A stretch of 64,000 nucleotides of DNA. Origin: Candidatus Anderseniibacteriota bacterium. GTDB taxonomy: Bacteria; Patescibacteriota; JAUYIX01. Each line of letters begins with the position of its first letter. Position 1 is the first letter of the stretch. This document shows positions 19,998 through 29,312 of the stretch, piece after piece. The translations under genes and the position numbers were made by a program. Location: the NCBI GenBank assembly GCA_046350855.1, contig JAXLZM010000001.1, positions 89,420 to 153,419 on the forward strand. Direction: 5' to 3'. The notes under the pieces are model-generated. The model was given only the letters and a program-made list of their open reading frames with translations, did no database searches and was not told the origin of the DNA.

Positions 19998-20322
19998 ATG
20001 ACGACGAGGGTTCTGCTTCCCTTGGCTCACGTGTGTGAGATGCTGACGTCCCAGTGGTTGGGATGCCAGCTACCGCCTCTCTACCCGTGATACGGGCGGG
20101 GTTCAGGTTTTTTTCCCGGGCCGATAGACCTGGTAACGGCGGAGAAGATCTGGTCATCCACTGGGACGACCGCAGATCTTACTTAACGGAAACCGGTACT
20201 ACGCACCGCTACTCCTTTCCTTCTGGGTTAGAGGTTGGTGACCGCACGTTGCAGATGACAAGGTCTATCAGCTACAAACTGCGGTCACGGGCGTGTTGCT
20301 AAAGAGCTCCCATTTTTGGGAC
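19962..20322 (-). ncRNA. Candidate structured non-coding RNA A (~360 nt)
   Basis: Promoter TTGACA-17-TACCTT; about ten hairpins; 11-bp terminator with T tract; no long ORF. Confidence 0.6.
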
Positions 20323-20327
20323 AGACA

Positions 20328-20356
20328 AAGGTAGCATAAAAACGTACTGCTGTCAA
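20328..20356 (-). promoter_or_regulatory. Sigma70 promoter of RNA A
   Basis: TTGACA (20356-20351), 17-nt spacer, extended -10 TG-C-TACCTT. Confidence 0.7.
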
Positions 20357-20374
20357 TACGGGCTCAAACGGCCC

Positions 20375-21769
20375 CTAGACCGCGGATCGGCGCGAAAGCA
20401 CTACCGGTAGGGTGCGTAGCAAAATCTTGAGATCGAGCAAAAGCGACCAGTGCTCGATGTAGTAGGTATCCAGACGAACCTCGTCCTCAAAATCTAGGTC
20501 CGAGCGACCGGAGATGGCCGCAAGCCCCGTGATACCCGGCTTGATGCGCAAGAGGGCACGATGGTGCTTTTTGTACTTGACGATCTCATCGGGGCGATGC
20601 GGACGCGGACCAACTAGGCTCATATCCCCTTTTAGTACGTTGATCAATTGCGGCAGTTCGTCCAAAGAGGTTTTACGAGTAAAACGGCCGACACGTGTAA
20701 TCCGAGGATCTTGTTTAATTTTGAAGAGTGGGCCACTGCGCTCATTGAGTCGCATCATTTTTGCACGCAGCACGTCGGCATTGTCGATCATCGAGCGAAA
20801 CTTGAGCAGATTAAAAACTTGATCACGATCCACGCGCTTATCCTTGTAAAAAACCGGGCCCTTAGAATCAAGCTTAACCGCAAGGGCTAGTAGACCAAAC
20901 AGTGGTGACAACACAATCAGACCCAACGAGGCTCCGGTAACATCGATCACACGCTTGCCAATCCTCCCCCATCCTTCGAGCGGCGTCTTTTTAAGTTCAA
21001 CGATCGGAACACCGGCCACGGTCGTAATACCCATGTGGCTAGCTTGGGTCTCAAACAAGTTTGGGGTGAACTTAAACTTAAGTCGTCGCTCGTCACAAAA
21101 ATCAACGATACGCTCAAGAGCATTTTGGGTCAGGGTTGTGTCGGTATTAATAACCTCTGAGATCGCGTTGTTTTCCATATAGCGCTTGACCTCGCGCAAA
21201 ATACGATCTGTGTCTTGCTGTGCGATAACACCAATCACCGCAACCCCTTGTGCGGGTGCTTCACGCCAGTTTTTACGCAGCAAGCGACTGGTCGTGTTCT
21301 CTCCAATAATGACCACTCGGTGAACACCTTTACCCCGCACCAGCTGAAAACGCTCGACTTGACGCAAGATGTAGCGCGCCAGACCAACAAAGACAATTGC
21401 AAAAATCCAGGCAACCAACACCACAAAACGTGAGGTATCGGCCTCCTGTCTAAAAAAGAGAATAACGATTAAGCCGAGCGTACCGGTCGAGACGGCCAAG
21501 ATGGCCCGGAACAGTTCATCCAAAAAACGACGCTCGCGGTGGCCCACATAGAGGCGGGCCATGGCAAAAATCACCAAAAAGAGCGGCACGAGCCAGAGAG
21601 CCGTCAAGAAAAAAGAGTTAAACGAGACCGCCAGCCCCGCCGGCGACAAACCCAAAAAGTCGGTCTTGTAGCGCAGGTACCAAGTCAGCGCCCCCGCACC
21701 AAAAAGGGCCAGTGCATCCACGGGCAATAACAGGAGGCTATACAACATGTCGCGGCGCTCGTGCTTCAT
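20375..21769 (-). CDS. Polyprenyl glycosylphosphotransferase (WcaJ/WbaP-type initiating sugar transferase)
   Basis: N-terminal TM helices, KFRSM, DPRITRVG, SLDELPQL, MSLVGPRP, PGITG. Confidence 0.95.
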   Translation of the reverse strand: MKHERRDMLYSLLLLPVDALALFGAGALTWYLRYKTDFLGLSPAGLAVSFNSFFLTALWLVPLFLVIFAMARLYVGHRERRFLDELFRAILAVSTGTLGLIVILFFRQEADTSRFVVLVAWIFAIVFVGLARYILRQVERFQLVRGKGVHRVVIIGENTTSRLLRKNWREAPAQGVAVIGVIAQQDTDRILREVKRYMENNAISEVINTDTTLTQNALERIVDFCDERRLKFKFTPNLFETQASHMGITTVAGVPIVELKKTPLEGWGRIGKRVIDVTGASLGLIVLSPLFGLLALAVKLDSKGPVFYKDKRVDRDQVFNLLKFRSMIDNADVLRAKMMRLNERSGPLFKIKQDPRITRVGRFTRKTSLDELPQLINVLKGDMSLVGPRPHRPDEIVKYKKHHRALLRIKPGITGLAAISGRSDLDFEDEVRLDTYYIEHWSLLLDLKILLRTLPVVLSRRSAV

Positions 21770-21820
21770 TGTGCGGTCTGTAGTTTTTGTTTTTTCCGGA
21801 TGAACCGGCGTTACTAAAAT

Positions 21821-22272
21821 GCCAAGAAAAGCCTATAAGCCGAATTCTGTACGTGCGTGACTGGCGCGAACCGGTCACCCACGCGATGATCATCTCTCTG
21901 GGCGTCACCTCGCGGTAACGCTCGATGCGAGCAACCATTGTTTGCTCTTGCACCAGGTAGGGTTTTTCATCGCAACGTGTCGCCACGCTGCGCCGTACGC
22001 TCTTACCGCACGCTTTTCACCGTTTGCCTGTGGTTCATCCAGTTTGACCCGGACAAACCCATCGGCTGATTAGTCTCTGTGACACTCTCCCTGCACCTCC
22101 AAACCGAGAGCGCTCGAGCGAGCCCTCGCAATCTGTCGGCGCGGTTGCCGTTAGCAACTACCTACTTCCTAGAAAAAGATCGAGGGGTGTTCGGACTTTC
22201 CTCATACAGCGTTTTTGGCTGAACCGTGTGGCTCGGCCGCACACTGCACGCGATCATCCGGCTTCCCTTGGC
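21821..22272 (-). ncRNA. rnpB: RNase P RNA
   Basis: GAGGAAAGTCCG and ACAGAATTCGGCTTA conserved P4 halves; AGTGTCACAGA motif; P1 pairing GCCAAGGGAAGCC/GGCTTTTCTTGGC; promoter TTGACA...CACAAT upstream. Confidence 0.95.
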
Positions 22273-22310
22273 GGCCGATATTGTGCCTAAAATTGACCCC
22301 GCTGTCAAGG

Positions 22311-23216
22311 CTAGGTCTTTTGTTCCCCATCTTTAAGCTCAAAGGCTTCTTCGAGGGGGCTCAGCACTTCTTTCTCAAGTTTTGCGATCACACCTTTTTG
22401 GTAGCGCTCATCTGGTCGTTGGCTATAGTTTGTATCGAGAATAGCGACACGGCCGGTGATCATACCATCGCGGGTTTCGACGATTACGTTATCGTCGCGT
22501 AACCCATGCCAGGTAAAAGCGGGATGGTCCGGGCGTTGCGGATCATTTTTGGTAAAAGCCTCATTTTGATGGAAGCGCCGGAGACCCTCAATTAAGCTCT
22601 GCACATTGGTACGAAGTTTTTTGTACTGAGGATCCTGTTTAAGGTTTGGATTAGTGAGAACCGTTTGGAAGGGTACGCCCCGGATATACTCCTGCAAGAT
22701 CGCACCAAAAAACTTTTCTCGTTTGCCACGTAAGCGCTCGACCTGGGTACCCAACCACGTACCCGCTTTTTGTACCCAATTTGGCTCGCGCTCGAGCCGA
22801 CCACCCTGGATTGAGGCCCGACCCTGTAAAAAAGCACTGGCCATATTGCGACCAAAAGTGGTATACGAGTACACATTTTTAGTATTTTTTCGAACCTGAT
22901 CAAAAGCAGCTGTATCTTTGTCTGCCAAAATAAACGTTGGCGGCGGCAAAAGCTCTGGTGAAAAATAGGGCTTCATGGTCTCGTACTCACCGGCTTGTTT
23001 AGCAAACAGATCACGAGCCTGTGTCTCGGTGTGCAGTCGGTCTAACTTGTAGACCTTGAGCGCATAGGTTCCCTGCTCGGCCTCGTTACCAAAAACCTCA
23101 TAGGTATCGTAAAAAACACCGCGACCTTGGACCTCGGGGCCACCTTTGCGAGGCAGCGTTTCTGGGCTCTTTGGTACGGCGCTCTTTTCTGGATTGTAGG
23201 ACGGCCGCTCGCTCAT
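22311..23216 (-). CDS. Protein-kinase-like fold protein, probably a pseudokinase
   Basis: GRGVFYDTY Gly loop, YALK, ILQEYIRG hinge, WHGLRDDN, AILDT. Confidence 0.6.
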   Translation of the reverse strand: MSERPSYNPEKSAVPKSPETLPRKGGPEVQGRGVFYDTYEVFGNEAEQGTYALKVYKLDRLHTETQARDLFAKQAGEYETMKPYFSPELLPPPTFILADKDTAAFDQVRKNTKNVYSYTTFGRNMASAFLQGRASIQGGRLEREPNWVQKAGTWLGTQVERLRGKREKFFGAILQEYIRGVPFQTVLTNPNLKQDPQYKKLRTNVQSLIEGLRRFHQNEAFTKNDPQRPDHPAFTWHGLRDDNVIVETRDGMITGRVAILDTNYSQRPDERYQKGVIAKLEKEVLSPLEEAFELKDGEQKT

Positions 23217-23626
23217 CAGCCCATGCGATCAAGAATAATGTTGACCATTTTGTCGGCCAGCTTGTTTTGCTCGCGGCGCACATGACTAAAGGAGATTTGT
23301 TCAAACTGGCAAGCTAGTTTTTTAACCTCCTCAAATAAAGGCAAGAGGCCCTTATTACGGACCCGATACTCACCGGCGAGTTGCTTAACGATCAGCTCGC
23401 TGTCCATGCGCGCTGTCACTTTTTTAGCGCCTAATTTTTTTGCCTCTTTGAGGGCAAAGATTACGGCGTGGTACTCGGCGTAGTTGTTAGTTTGTTCGCC
23501 CAAAAACTTACCGTGTTTACCGATGAGGGTACCATCCGGTTTGTAAATGGCCACGCCCAATGCGGCCGGACCTGGATTACCGCGTGCACCGCCGTCCGTA
23601 TACGTAATGACATGCTCGTACTTCAT
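23216..23626 (-). CDS. rnhA: Ribonuclease HI
   Basis: YTDGGARGNPG, TNNYAEY, DSELIVKQ, HVRREQNKLAD. Confidence 0.93.
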   Translation of the reverse strand: MKYEHVITYTDGGARGNPGPAALGVAIYKPDGTLIGKHGKFLGEQTNNYAEYHAVIFALKEAKKLGAKKVTARMDSELIVKQLAGEYRVRNKGLLPLFEEVKKLACQFEQISFSHVRREQNKLADKMVNIILDRMG

Positions 23627-25371
23627 TGGGCCATGGTATCAAGAATTTGCAGCTCTGCACTACGACTGCCGCCCCAATCGTTTTGGCGCACTTGCGCAAA
23701 GACATCTAGCTGCGCTCCCCGACCAACGCCAGCAAAACGATCAGCCTGGCCAAAGGCGACCGCCCGCCGCGTGACTCGTCCTTGGCGCAAAACCAAACTG
23801 ACGTGGCGTTGGTCGGCGCCAACTAAACGGAGTGAATCGACTACGCAGTCGCGCAGTCGGAGCACCGGCCGCGGATTACCCATGCCGTAGGGTTCGAGCT
23901 GGGTTTGGAGGTCTAAAAAATCGAGGGCAACTCGGTCGAGAGTCAACTCACCATCGTACTCGCGTACACGTGGCGGAACCGTCTGGCCACGCTGCCGCCT
24001 GGTAAAACTGAGTAACCCAGATTTAAAGGCGGGTAGATTCTCCCGACTAATGGTGCAACCAGCGGCGGCAGCGTGGCCCCCCGCTTTAACAAAGAGTGGC
24101 CGCATGGACTCGATTGCGGCAGCCAGATCAACACCTGGAACACTCCGTCCTGAACCCACACACTCGGCTCCCTCTTGCAACACAAAGACCGGACGATTAA
24201 AGCGCTCGGCTAATTTGCTGGCAGCCAGTCCCACTACTCCTTTAGGCCACTCGGCATTGGTTAGGACCAAGGCGGGCTCGTGTAGGTACGCTTGGGCTGC
24301 CAGGAGTGCCTCCTGTACCACTTTTTTAGTGAACTGCTGGCGCTCACGATTGAGTCGGTCGAGCAGCCCCGCGAGTTCAACCGCCTGGAGCGGCGACTGG
24401 GTCGCGAGTAGCTCGAGAGCCGACTGAGCATGCTCCAGTCGACCAGCCGCATTGAGCCTTGGCCCAAGTCTAAAGCCAATCGTCTCGGCCGAAAGTTTTT
24501 CGCGACCGAGGCTGCTGTCGATTAACTGACGTAGGCCCAAACGTCGCGTACGCTGCATGGTCTTGAGACCAAAATGCACAAGCAAGCGGTTATCCCGTGT
24601 GAGCGGTACCATGTCACAGACCGTAGCTAGGGCCGCCAGGTCCAAAAACCATTTTTCTTGGCCGTCCGTAACGCCGGATTTACTAAAAAGTGCTTCGACC
24701 ACTCTAAAGACAAGTCCGCCCGCGCAGAGAGTGCGATCGCTCGTACCCTCTCCAGCTTGTTTAGGGTTAACGATGGCATACGCCGCTGGCAACTCCGGCC
24801 CGGGTTGGTGGTGATCAATAATCAAAACATCGATCCCACTCTTTTGCAGCTGCGCTACGGCGGCATGACTTTGGATCCCATTATCGACCGTCACAACTAC
24901 CTGTGGACCGTGCCTCTGTAACAACGGCAGTGAGCCCAACTGTAGACCGTACCCGTCTCGCTCGCGATGTGGCAAAACCGCCCTGACGTCAGCCTTGAGC
25001 AGGCGCAAGGCATCCACTAGCGCGGCAGATCCAGAAACACCATCCACATCGTAATCACCAAAGACCACGATTTTTTCTTTGTGCTGGAGAGCGCGTAGCA
25101 AACGCCCAACGAGCTTTTCCAAGCCGAGCAGCGTATCTGGAGCACCTCCAAACAAACGGAGCGCGTTATAGGTGGGTTTTAAAAACCGATCCGCAGCCGC
25201 AGGATCTGTAATGCCACGCTGACTTAAGAGTGTTGCCAAAAACGGATCACCGACCGCCGCTACGAGCGCTGGCGATGGTTGAACCTCCTTATGTTTCCAG
25301 AGCGTACCCGCCTTATTGCTCGATGTTACCGGCGCCGTTTGGGTTGGTGCCCCGGAGGACTTCATCACCAT
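23623..25371 (-). CDS. recJ: Single-stranded DNA exonuclease RecJ (exact start uncertain)
   Basis: GDYDVDG, TVDNG, DHH, PRLNAAGRL, GSGRS, GGH, PYGMGNPRP. Confidence 0.96.
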   Translation of the reverse strand: MVMKSSGAPTQTAPVTSSNKAGTLWKHKEVQPSPALVAAVGDPFLATLLSQRGITDPAAADRFLKPTYNALRLFGGAPDTLLGLEKLVGRLLRALQHKEKIVVFGDYDVDGVSGSAALVDALRLLKADVRAVLPHRERDGYGLQLGSLPLLQRHGPQVVVTVDNGIQSHAAVAQLQKSGIDVLIIDHHQPGPELPAAYAIVNPKQAGEGTSDRTLCAGGLVFRVVEALFSKSGVTDGQEKWFLDLAALATVCDMVPLTRDNRLLVHFGLKTMQRTRRLGLRQLIDSSLGREKLSAETIGFRLGPRLNAAGRLEHAQSALELLATQSPLQAVELAGLLDRLNRERQQFTKKVVQEALLAAQAYLHEPALVLTNAEWPKGVVGLAASKLAERFNRPVFVLQEGAECVGSGRSVPGVDLAAAIESMRPLFVKAGGHAAAAGCTISRENLPAFKSGLLSFTRRQRGQTVPPRVREYDGELTLDRVALDFLDLQTQLEPYGMGNPRPVLRLRDCVVDSLRLVGADQRHVSLVLRQGRVTRRAVAFGQADRFAGVGRGAQLDVFAQVRQNDWGGSRSAELQILDTMAQ

Positions 25372-26311
25372 CTTTTACTCCATCGCCATCCGTGTCTGAG
25401 TTAAGGGCGTCGGTTCCAAAAATTTGCTCTTGTGAGTTGGTCAAGCGGTCATTGTCGGGATCGCTGGAGGAGGTCCCGGCTGCGGCCGAGAGTGAGGCAC
25501 TGCTCGAGGTTTTACTCGAGCCGGTAGAACTGGTTGAGTTACCGGTAGTATTGCCGGTCGGGACGGTTCCGCCTGAGGAGTTATTGAGCGAACTCTGGTA
25601 GGCCTTTACACAGGTACCGGTCGGACTGAGCATTTTTTTCTCGGCACTCAAGGGATCGTACCCGTTGGCGACTTCGGTACCATCATCGAAGGTATCATTG
25701 TCTGTGTCGGGATCCGCCTCATCCGTGCCACACGCCAGCTCCACGCTCGCGGTTAAACCATCCTGATCCAGGTCACTCGTGTCAGGAGTAGTCGTGTTGT
25801 TAACGGTATTGTTGCTCGTGTTATTGAGCGTGTTGTTAGTCGTGTTGGGCAGCGTGTTAACCGTGTTGTTGACTACGTTGTTGGCGTTGGTTGTATTGGG
25901 GACGTTGGGCTGAGGGGCTGGTCGCAAAAAGAAGAAGTACACGGCACCACCGATGGCCGCGAGAGCCAAGAGGATCACAATGATAATCAAAACCGTTTTA
26001 CCACCACTCTTTTTTTCGGAGATTTGGCTACCCATCGAGCCTGGCATACCCATGGGGGCGGCCGGTCGGGGTGGCATCGGACGAGCCATTCCCATCCCAC
26101 CCGGCATTGGCGCAGGCGGAACCGGTGGGGTTGGTCGAGCTGGAAACGGAGATGGCGAAGGAGTCGGCGGAGGACCAAACGAACCCGCACGCATAGACTT
26201 ACCCGGCGCTATGGCCTGGCGAGAAATCGGCGTGGGCGGTGGCGGAGGTAAGGGCGGACGTGGTCGATTGGGTTGAGACGGGTTTGAACCGCCGGGAAAT
26301 GTGTCTGGCAT
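25313..26311 (-). CDS. Single-pass surface protein: Pro-rich N-terminus, TM helix, Asn/Thr linker, Ca-binding DxDxDG (thrombospondin type 3-like) repeats
   Basis: DLDQDGL, DTDNDT, DPDNDRL, DTDGDGVKDGDEV..GTNP. Confidence 0.85.
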   Translation of the reverse strand: MPDTFPGGSNPSQPNRPRPPLPPPPPTPISRQAIAPGKSMRAGSFGPPPTPSPSPFPARPTPPVPPAPMPGGMGMARPMPPRPAAPMGMPGSMGSQISEKKSGGKTVLIIIVILLALAAIGGAVYFFFLRPAPQPNVPNTTNANNVVNNTVNTLPNTTNNTLNNTSNNTVNNTTTPDTSDLDQDGLTASVELACGTDEADPDTDNDTFDDGTEVANGYDPLSAEKKMLSPTGTCVKAYQSSLNNSSGGTVPTGNTTGNSTSSTGSSKTSSSASLSAAAGTSSSDPDNDRLTNSQEQIFGTDALNSDTDGDGVKDGDEVLRGTNPNGAGNIEQ

Positions 26312-26359
26312 GGCTTATAGCATACGAGGCGCGACCACCCCGCCGCAAGTGGATAACAT

Positions 26360-27370
26360 TTAGGCCGTTTGTGCAAGTGTACCCAGTACGTCGACCATAC
26401 GCTGTGCAAACGCCCATTCGTTGTCGTACCAAATCCCGATTTGTGCCAGTGAATCCCCGGCTACTTTGGTCATGCTGGCATCGATTGTGGCAGATTCGGT
26501 GGTTTGACGCAGATCCTGTGAGACCAGTGCCTCGTTAGAAAACCGCACCGTCCCCCGCCAGGGCAGCTGCTTGCTCAGGGCGCGCAGATGCTGGTTGAGT
26601 TCTGCCGGAGTAACGTGCTCCTTAAGTTGCACCGTGAGGACCGCGAGGTGCACGATCGAGGTCGGCACACGGACACCCTGTCCGGCGTAGCGAGCCAAGG
26701 GACCGGTAAAGAGATGTGGTACGGCCCGGTCGGTGTCGAGCGTAATTGGAATAATATTATCCAGGGCTTGGCGGCGCCGGCGGGCTTGACCACGTGTTTT
26801 GTCGACCACGACCTGTGAGTGTGTGACGGATTGAACCGCAAAGAGCGTCCAGGCCCGGATAGAAAATTGCTCGCGCAGCATACAGAGGACCGGGGCTACG
26901 GCACTGGTGGTGCAGGAGCCGTGTGAGATTAATTGTTCGGTCCGATTTTGCGCGTCGGTACCACAGACGAGATACCCAACTTGTCCAACCGCCGCTTTGG
27001 GCGCCGTACTGACCAGCACCCGCTGCGCTCCGGCTTGGAGATGTAAACGGGCCCCCTCATCACTTGCAAAGGCACCGGTGGCCTCGACCACGGCATCAAT
27101 TTTGAGGCGCTTCCAGGGGAGCTTGCGAGGGTCGTCCTGCATAAAAGTTTGCACGCGCGAGCCAGCCACGATCAGGTCACGTCCACTTAGCCGGATCGGC
27201 AGGGCAAAGCGCCCATAGACCGAGTCGCGCTGCAAATAGTCTTGGAGATCGGCAGCCTCAGCGTGGTCGTTAATCGCGACCAGACGAACCTGCTCGTGCT
27301 CGCCAAGCAGCAAGAGTTTTGCGACCGCGCCCCCAATGCGGCCACAGCCATTAATTGCAACGCGTAACAT
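26360..27370 (-). CDS. Type I glyceraldehyde-3-phosphate dehydrogenase-like protein with a degenerate active site
   Basis: AINGCGRIG, EATG, SCTT, RVPT and WYDNE retained; the catalytic His position is Gln. Confidence 0.85.
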   Translation of the reverse strand: MLRVAINGCGRIGGAVAKLLLLGEHEQVRLVAINDHAEAADLQDYLQRDSVYGRFALPIRLSGRDLIVAGSRVQTFMQDDPRKLPWKRLKIDAVVEATGAFASDEGARLHLQAGAQRVLVSTAPKAAVGQVGYLVCGTDAQNRTEQLISHGSCTTSAVAPVLCMLREQFSIRAWTLFAVQSVTHSQVVVDKTRGQARRRRQALDNIIPITLDTDRAVPHLFTGPLARYAGQGVRVPTSIVHLAVLTVQLKEHVTPAELNQHLRALSKQLPWRGTVRFSNEALVSQDLRQTTESATIDASMTKVAGDSLAQIGIWYDNEWAFAQRMVDVLGTLAQTA

Positions 27371-27407
27371 GCTGCATCTCCTTACGGCTACAGCATAGCA
27401 CGCGAGC

Positions 27408-27824
27408 CTACTCGGCGGCCTGTTGCTTACGGGGCAGGTGCCGCTCTAGGTACGTTTGCAAAATCAAGGCAGCCGCCGCAGCGTCGACGCGTTTTTTGCT
27501 GGTGCGTTCACTGGCCTCGCGAGTGGAGAGACGTTCGTCCACGAGATCCACGGGTAATTTGAGAGAGGTTTTGAGTTGTTCGGCCAGTTGCTCCGCCACC
27601 GGTGTCATTGGCAGAACCGTTCCGCGTAAAGACAGGGGGCGTCCGACGATCAATCGAGCCACCGCCCGCTCCTCGACGAGGCGCGCAATACGAGGTACGA
27701 GCTGGGCCTCGGCTGCCACGACCTCAAGCGGAAAAGCCAAGGTCGCCTCGGGGTTACTGATGGCAAGGCCAACGTAGCGCGTGCCCGGATCAATCGCTAA
27801 CACAACACCGAGAGGTCGGGCCAT
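27408..27824 (-). CDS. ruvX: YqgF/RuvX pre-16S rRNA nuclease
   Basis: LAIDPG, VGRP, VDERLST, VDAAAAALILQ. Confidence 0.92.
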   Translation of the reverse strand: MARPLGVVLAIDPGTRYVGLAISNPEATLAFPLEVVAAEAQLVPRIARLVEERAVARLIVGRPLSLRGTVLPMTPVAEQLAEQLKTSLKLPVDLVDERLSTREASERTSKKRVDAAAAALILQTYLERHLPRKQQAAE

Positions 27825-27826
27825 GG

Positions 27827-28573
27827 TTAGAGTGAGGTCAGCACTTCGTGGCCGCGTTCGGTCACCAGGATCGTATCTTCAAAATGTGCGGCCAGGGAGC
27901 CGTCCTTGGTCACAAAAGTCCAGCCGTCGTCTTTGAGTGCAACGGGATGCTTACCAAGAGTGACCATGGGCTCGAGTGCAATCACCATGCCGGGTACCAA
28001 TTGCACACCGTCACCGGCCGAACCGTAATTGGGGATCGCGGGCGGTTCATGTACGGCTGTGCCGACGCCGTGACCGACCAGATCGCGCACGACGCCCATA
28101 CCAGCCTCCTCAACATAGGTTTGCACGGCGTGCCCGATGTCGCCGATGGTTCGACCTGGTTTAACTTGCTCGATGGCTTTTTTAAGGGAAGTTTTAGTGA
28201 CGCGGATCAAGCGCTGGGCGTCGGCACTGACCGTACCGATCGCGACCGTGCGTGCTACGTCCGAGAAGTATCCACGATAACGCACGCCAAAATCGATTCC
28301 GACTACGTCACCCTTTTTGAGAGTTCGTTTACCGGGTAGCCCATGCACGACCTCGTCGTTGACCGAGATACAGGTGGCATGAGGGTAGTTAAGGTAGCCT
28401 TTAAAACTCGGTACGACCTTGTGCCGTTTAGTCAACCGTTCGGCCAAGTGATCGATCTCGAGAGTCGTGACACCTGGTTTTGCACAGTCGATTAACTCCT
28501 GCAGAATTTCTGCAGCAATTTGGCAGGAGACCCTAATATGCGCAATTTGGCTGGCGGTCTTGATGTAGCTCAT
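27827..28573 (-). CDS. map: Methionine aminopeptidase type I
   Basis: CISVNDEVVHG, GHGVG...HE, ALEPM, AHFEDT. Confidence 0.97.
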   Translation of the reverse strand: MSYIKTASQIAHIRVSCQIAAEILQELIDCAKPGVTTLEIDHLAERLTKRHKVVPSFKGYLNYPHATCISVNDEVVHGLPGKRTLKKGDVVGIDFGVRYRGYFSDVARTVAIGTVSADAQRLIRVTKTSLKKAIEQVKPGRTIGDIGHAVQTYVEEAGMGVVRDLVGHGVGTAVHEPPAIPNYGSAGDGVQLVPGMVIALEPMVTLGKHPVALKDDGWTFVTKDGSLAAHFEDTILVTERGHEVLTSL

Positions 28574-29271
28574 TGTGGTGAATGCCCGAGAGCCGCTAAG
28601 GCTCCCATAATTTGCTGTGAAACGCTAGCGCGCGGTCCCATCCCATCGACCCGATGCAGTCGCCCCTCTTTGGCATAGGCATCGATCACCGGCTGCACTT
28701 CTTTTTTGTAGACCGCCAAACGCTTTTTAATAATCTCGGGCTGGTCGTCAAAACGACGCACCAACTTTCCACCACACTTGAGACAAGCCGCCGCGTGCAG
28801 ATCTTTGCCGAGTGGTTTATGTTTGCAGCCGACGCAAATTTTACGTTCACTCAAACGACGCAGTGATTCTTTTTCTGGGATATCGATTACGATGTTGATT
28901 GGGCGCCGTCCGGCCTTGAGTAGCAAGGCGTCCAGCAACTTTTTTTGCGACAGGTTGCGGGGTGAACCGTCGATAACCAAGCCTCGGTTATGTGGTAATT
29001 CTTTTAAAAAGTTTTTAAAGAGTTGCCCTACCACGGTGTCGGAGACAAGGCCGCCGGCTCGCACCGTTTTCTCGACTTTTTTACCCAGAGTGGTCTTACG
29101 ACGAATCTGCTCTTTGAGGATATCGCCCGCCACAAAGTGATGCAGACCAAATTGGTTGACCAGCATTTGGGCTTGGGTGCCCTTACCAGCCCCAAACGGG
29201 CCTAATAAATTTACGTTGAGGACGTCGCTCGGCACGAGCGGTTTGTTTGTTTGCTGCTTACGCGATGCCAT
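28570..29271 (-). CDS. adk: Adenylate kinase (zinc LID)
   Basis: GPFGAGKGT, DGSPR, CVGC...CLKC, RFDD; follows secY. Confidence 0.93.
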   Translation of the reverse strand: MASRKQQTNKPLVPSDVLNVNLLGPFGAGKGTQAQMLVNQFGLHHFVAGDILKEQIRRKTTLGKKVEKTVRAGGLVSDTVVGQLFKNFLKELPHNRGLVIDGSPRNLSQKKLLDALLLKAGRRPINIVIDIPEKESLRRLSERKICVGCKHKPLGKDLHAAACLKCGGKLVRRFDDQPEIIKKRLAVYKKEVQPVIDAYAKEGRLHRVDGMGPRASVSQQIMGALAALGHSPQ

Positions 29272-29312
29272 GGTGCTAGTGTAGCTGGCCGACGCGCTAA
29301 TCGCTAGAAACG

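Noticed and set aside
19891-20302. Track ORFs of 88 aa (-) and 82 aa (+) across RNA A
   Set aside because: No recognisable protein features or good initiation signals; the minus ORF runs through the terminator.
19962-20322. RNA A as tmRNA, SRP RNA or a CsrB-type sponge
   Set aside because: It is tmRNA-sized but has no GGGG 5' end, T-arm or CCA. GGGAAGCAG only partly resembles the SRP helix 8 motif. The GGA motifs are few and mostly not in loops.
25790-25910. GTTGTT-rich repeats that could suggest a CRISPR array or VNTR
   Set aside because: They encode the Asn/Thr linker of the surface protein and have no repeat-spacer periodicity. No CRISPR array or cas gene was seen in the window.
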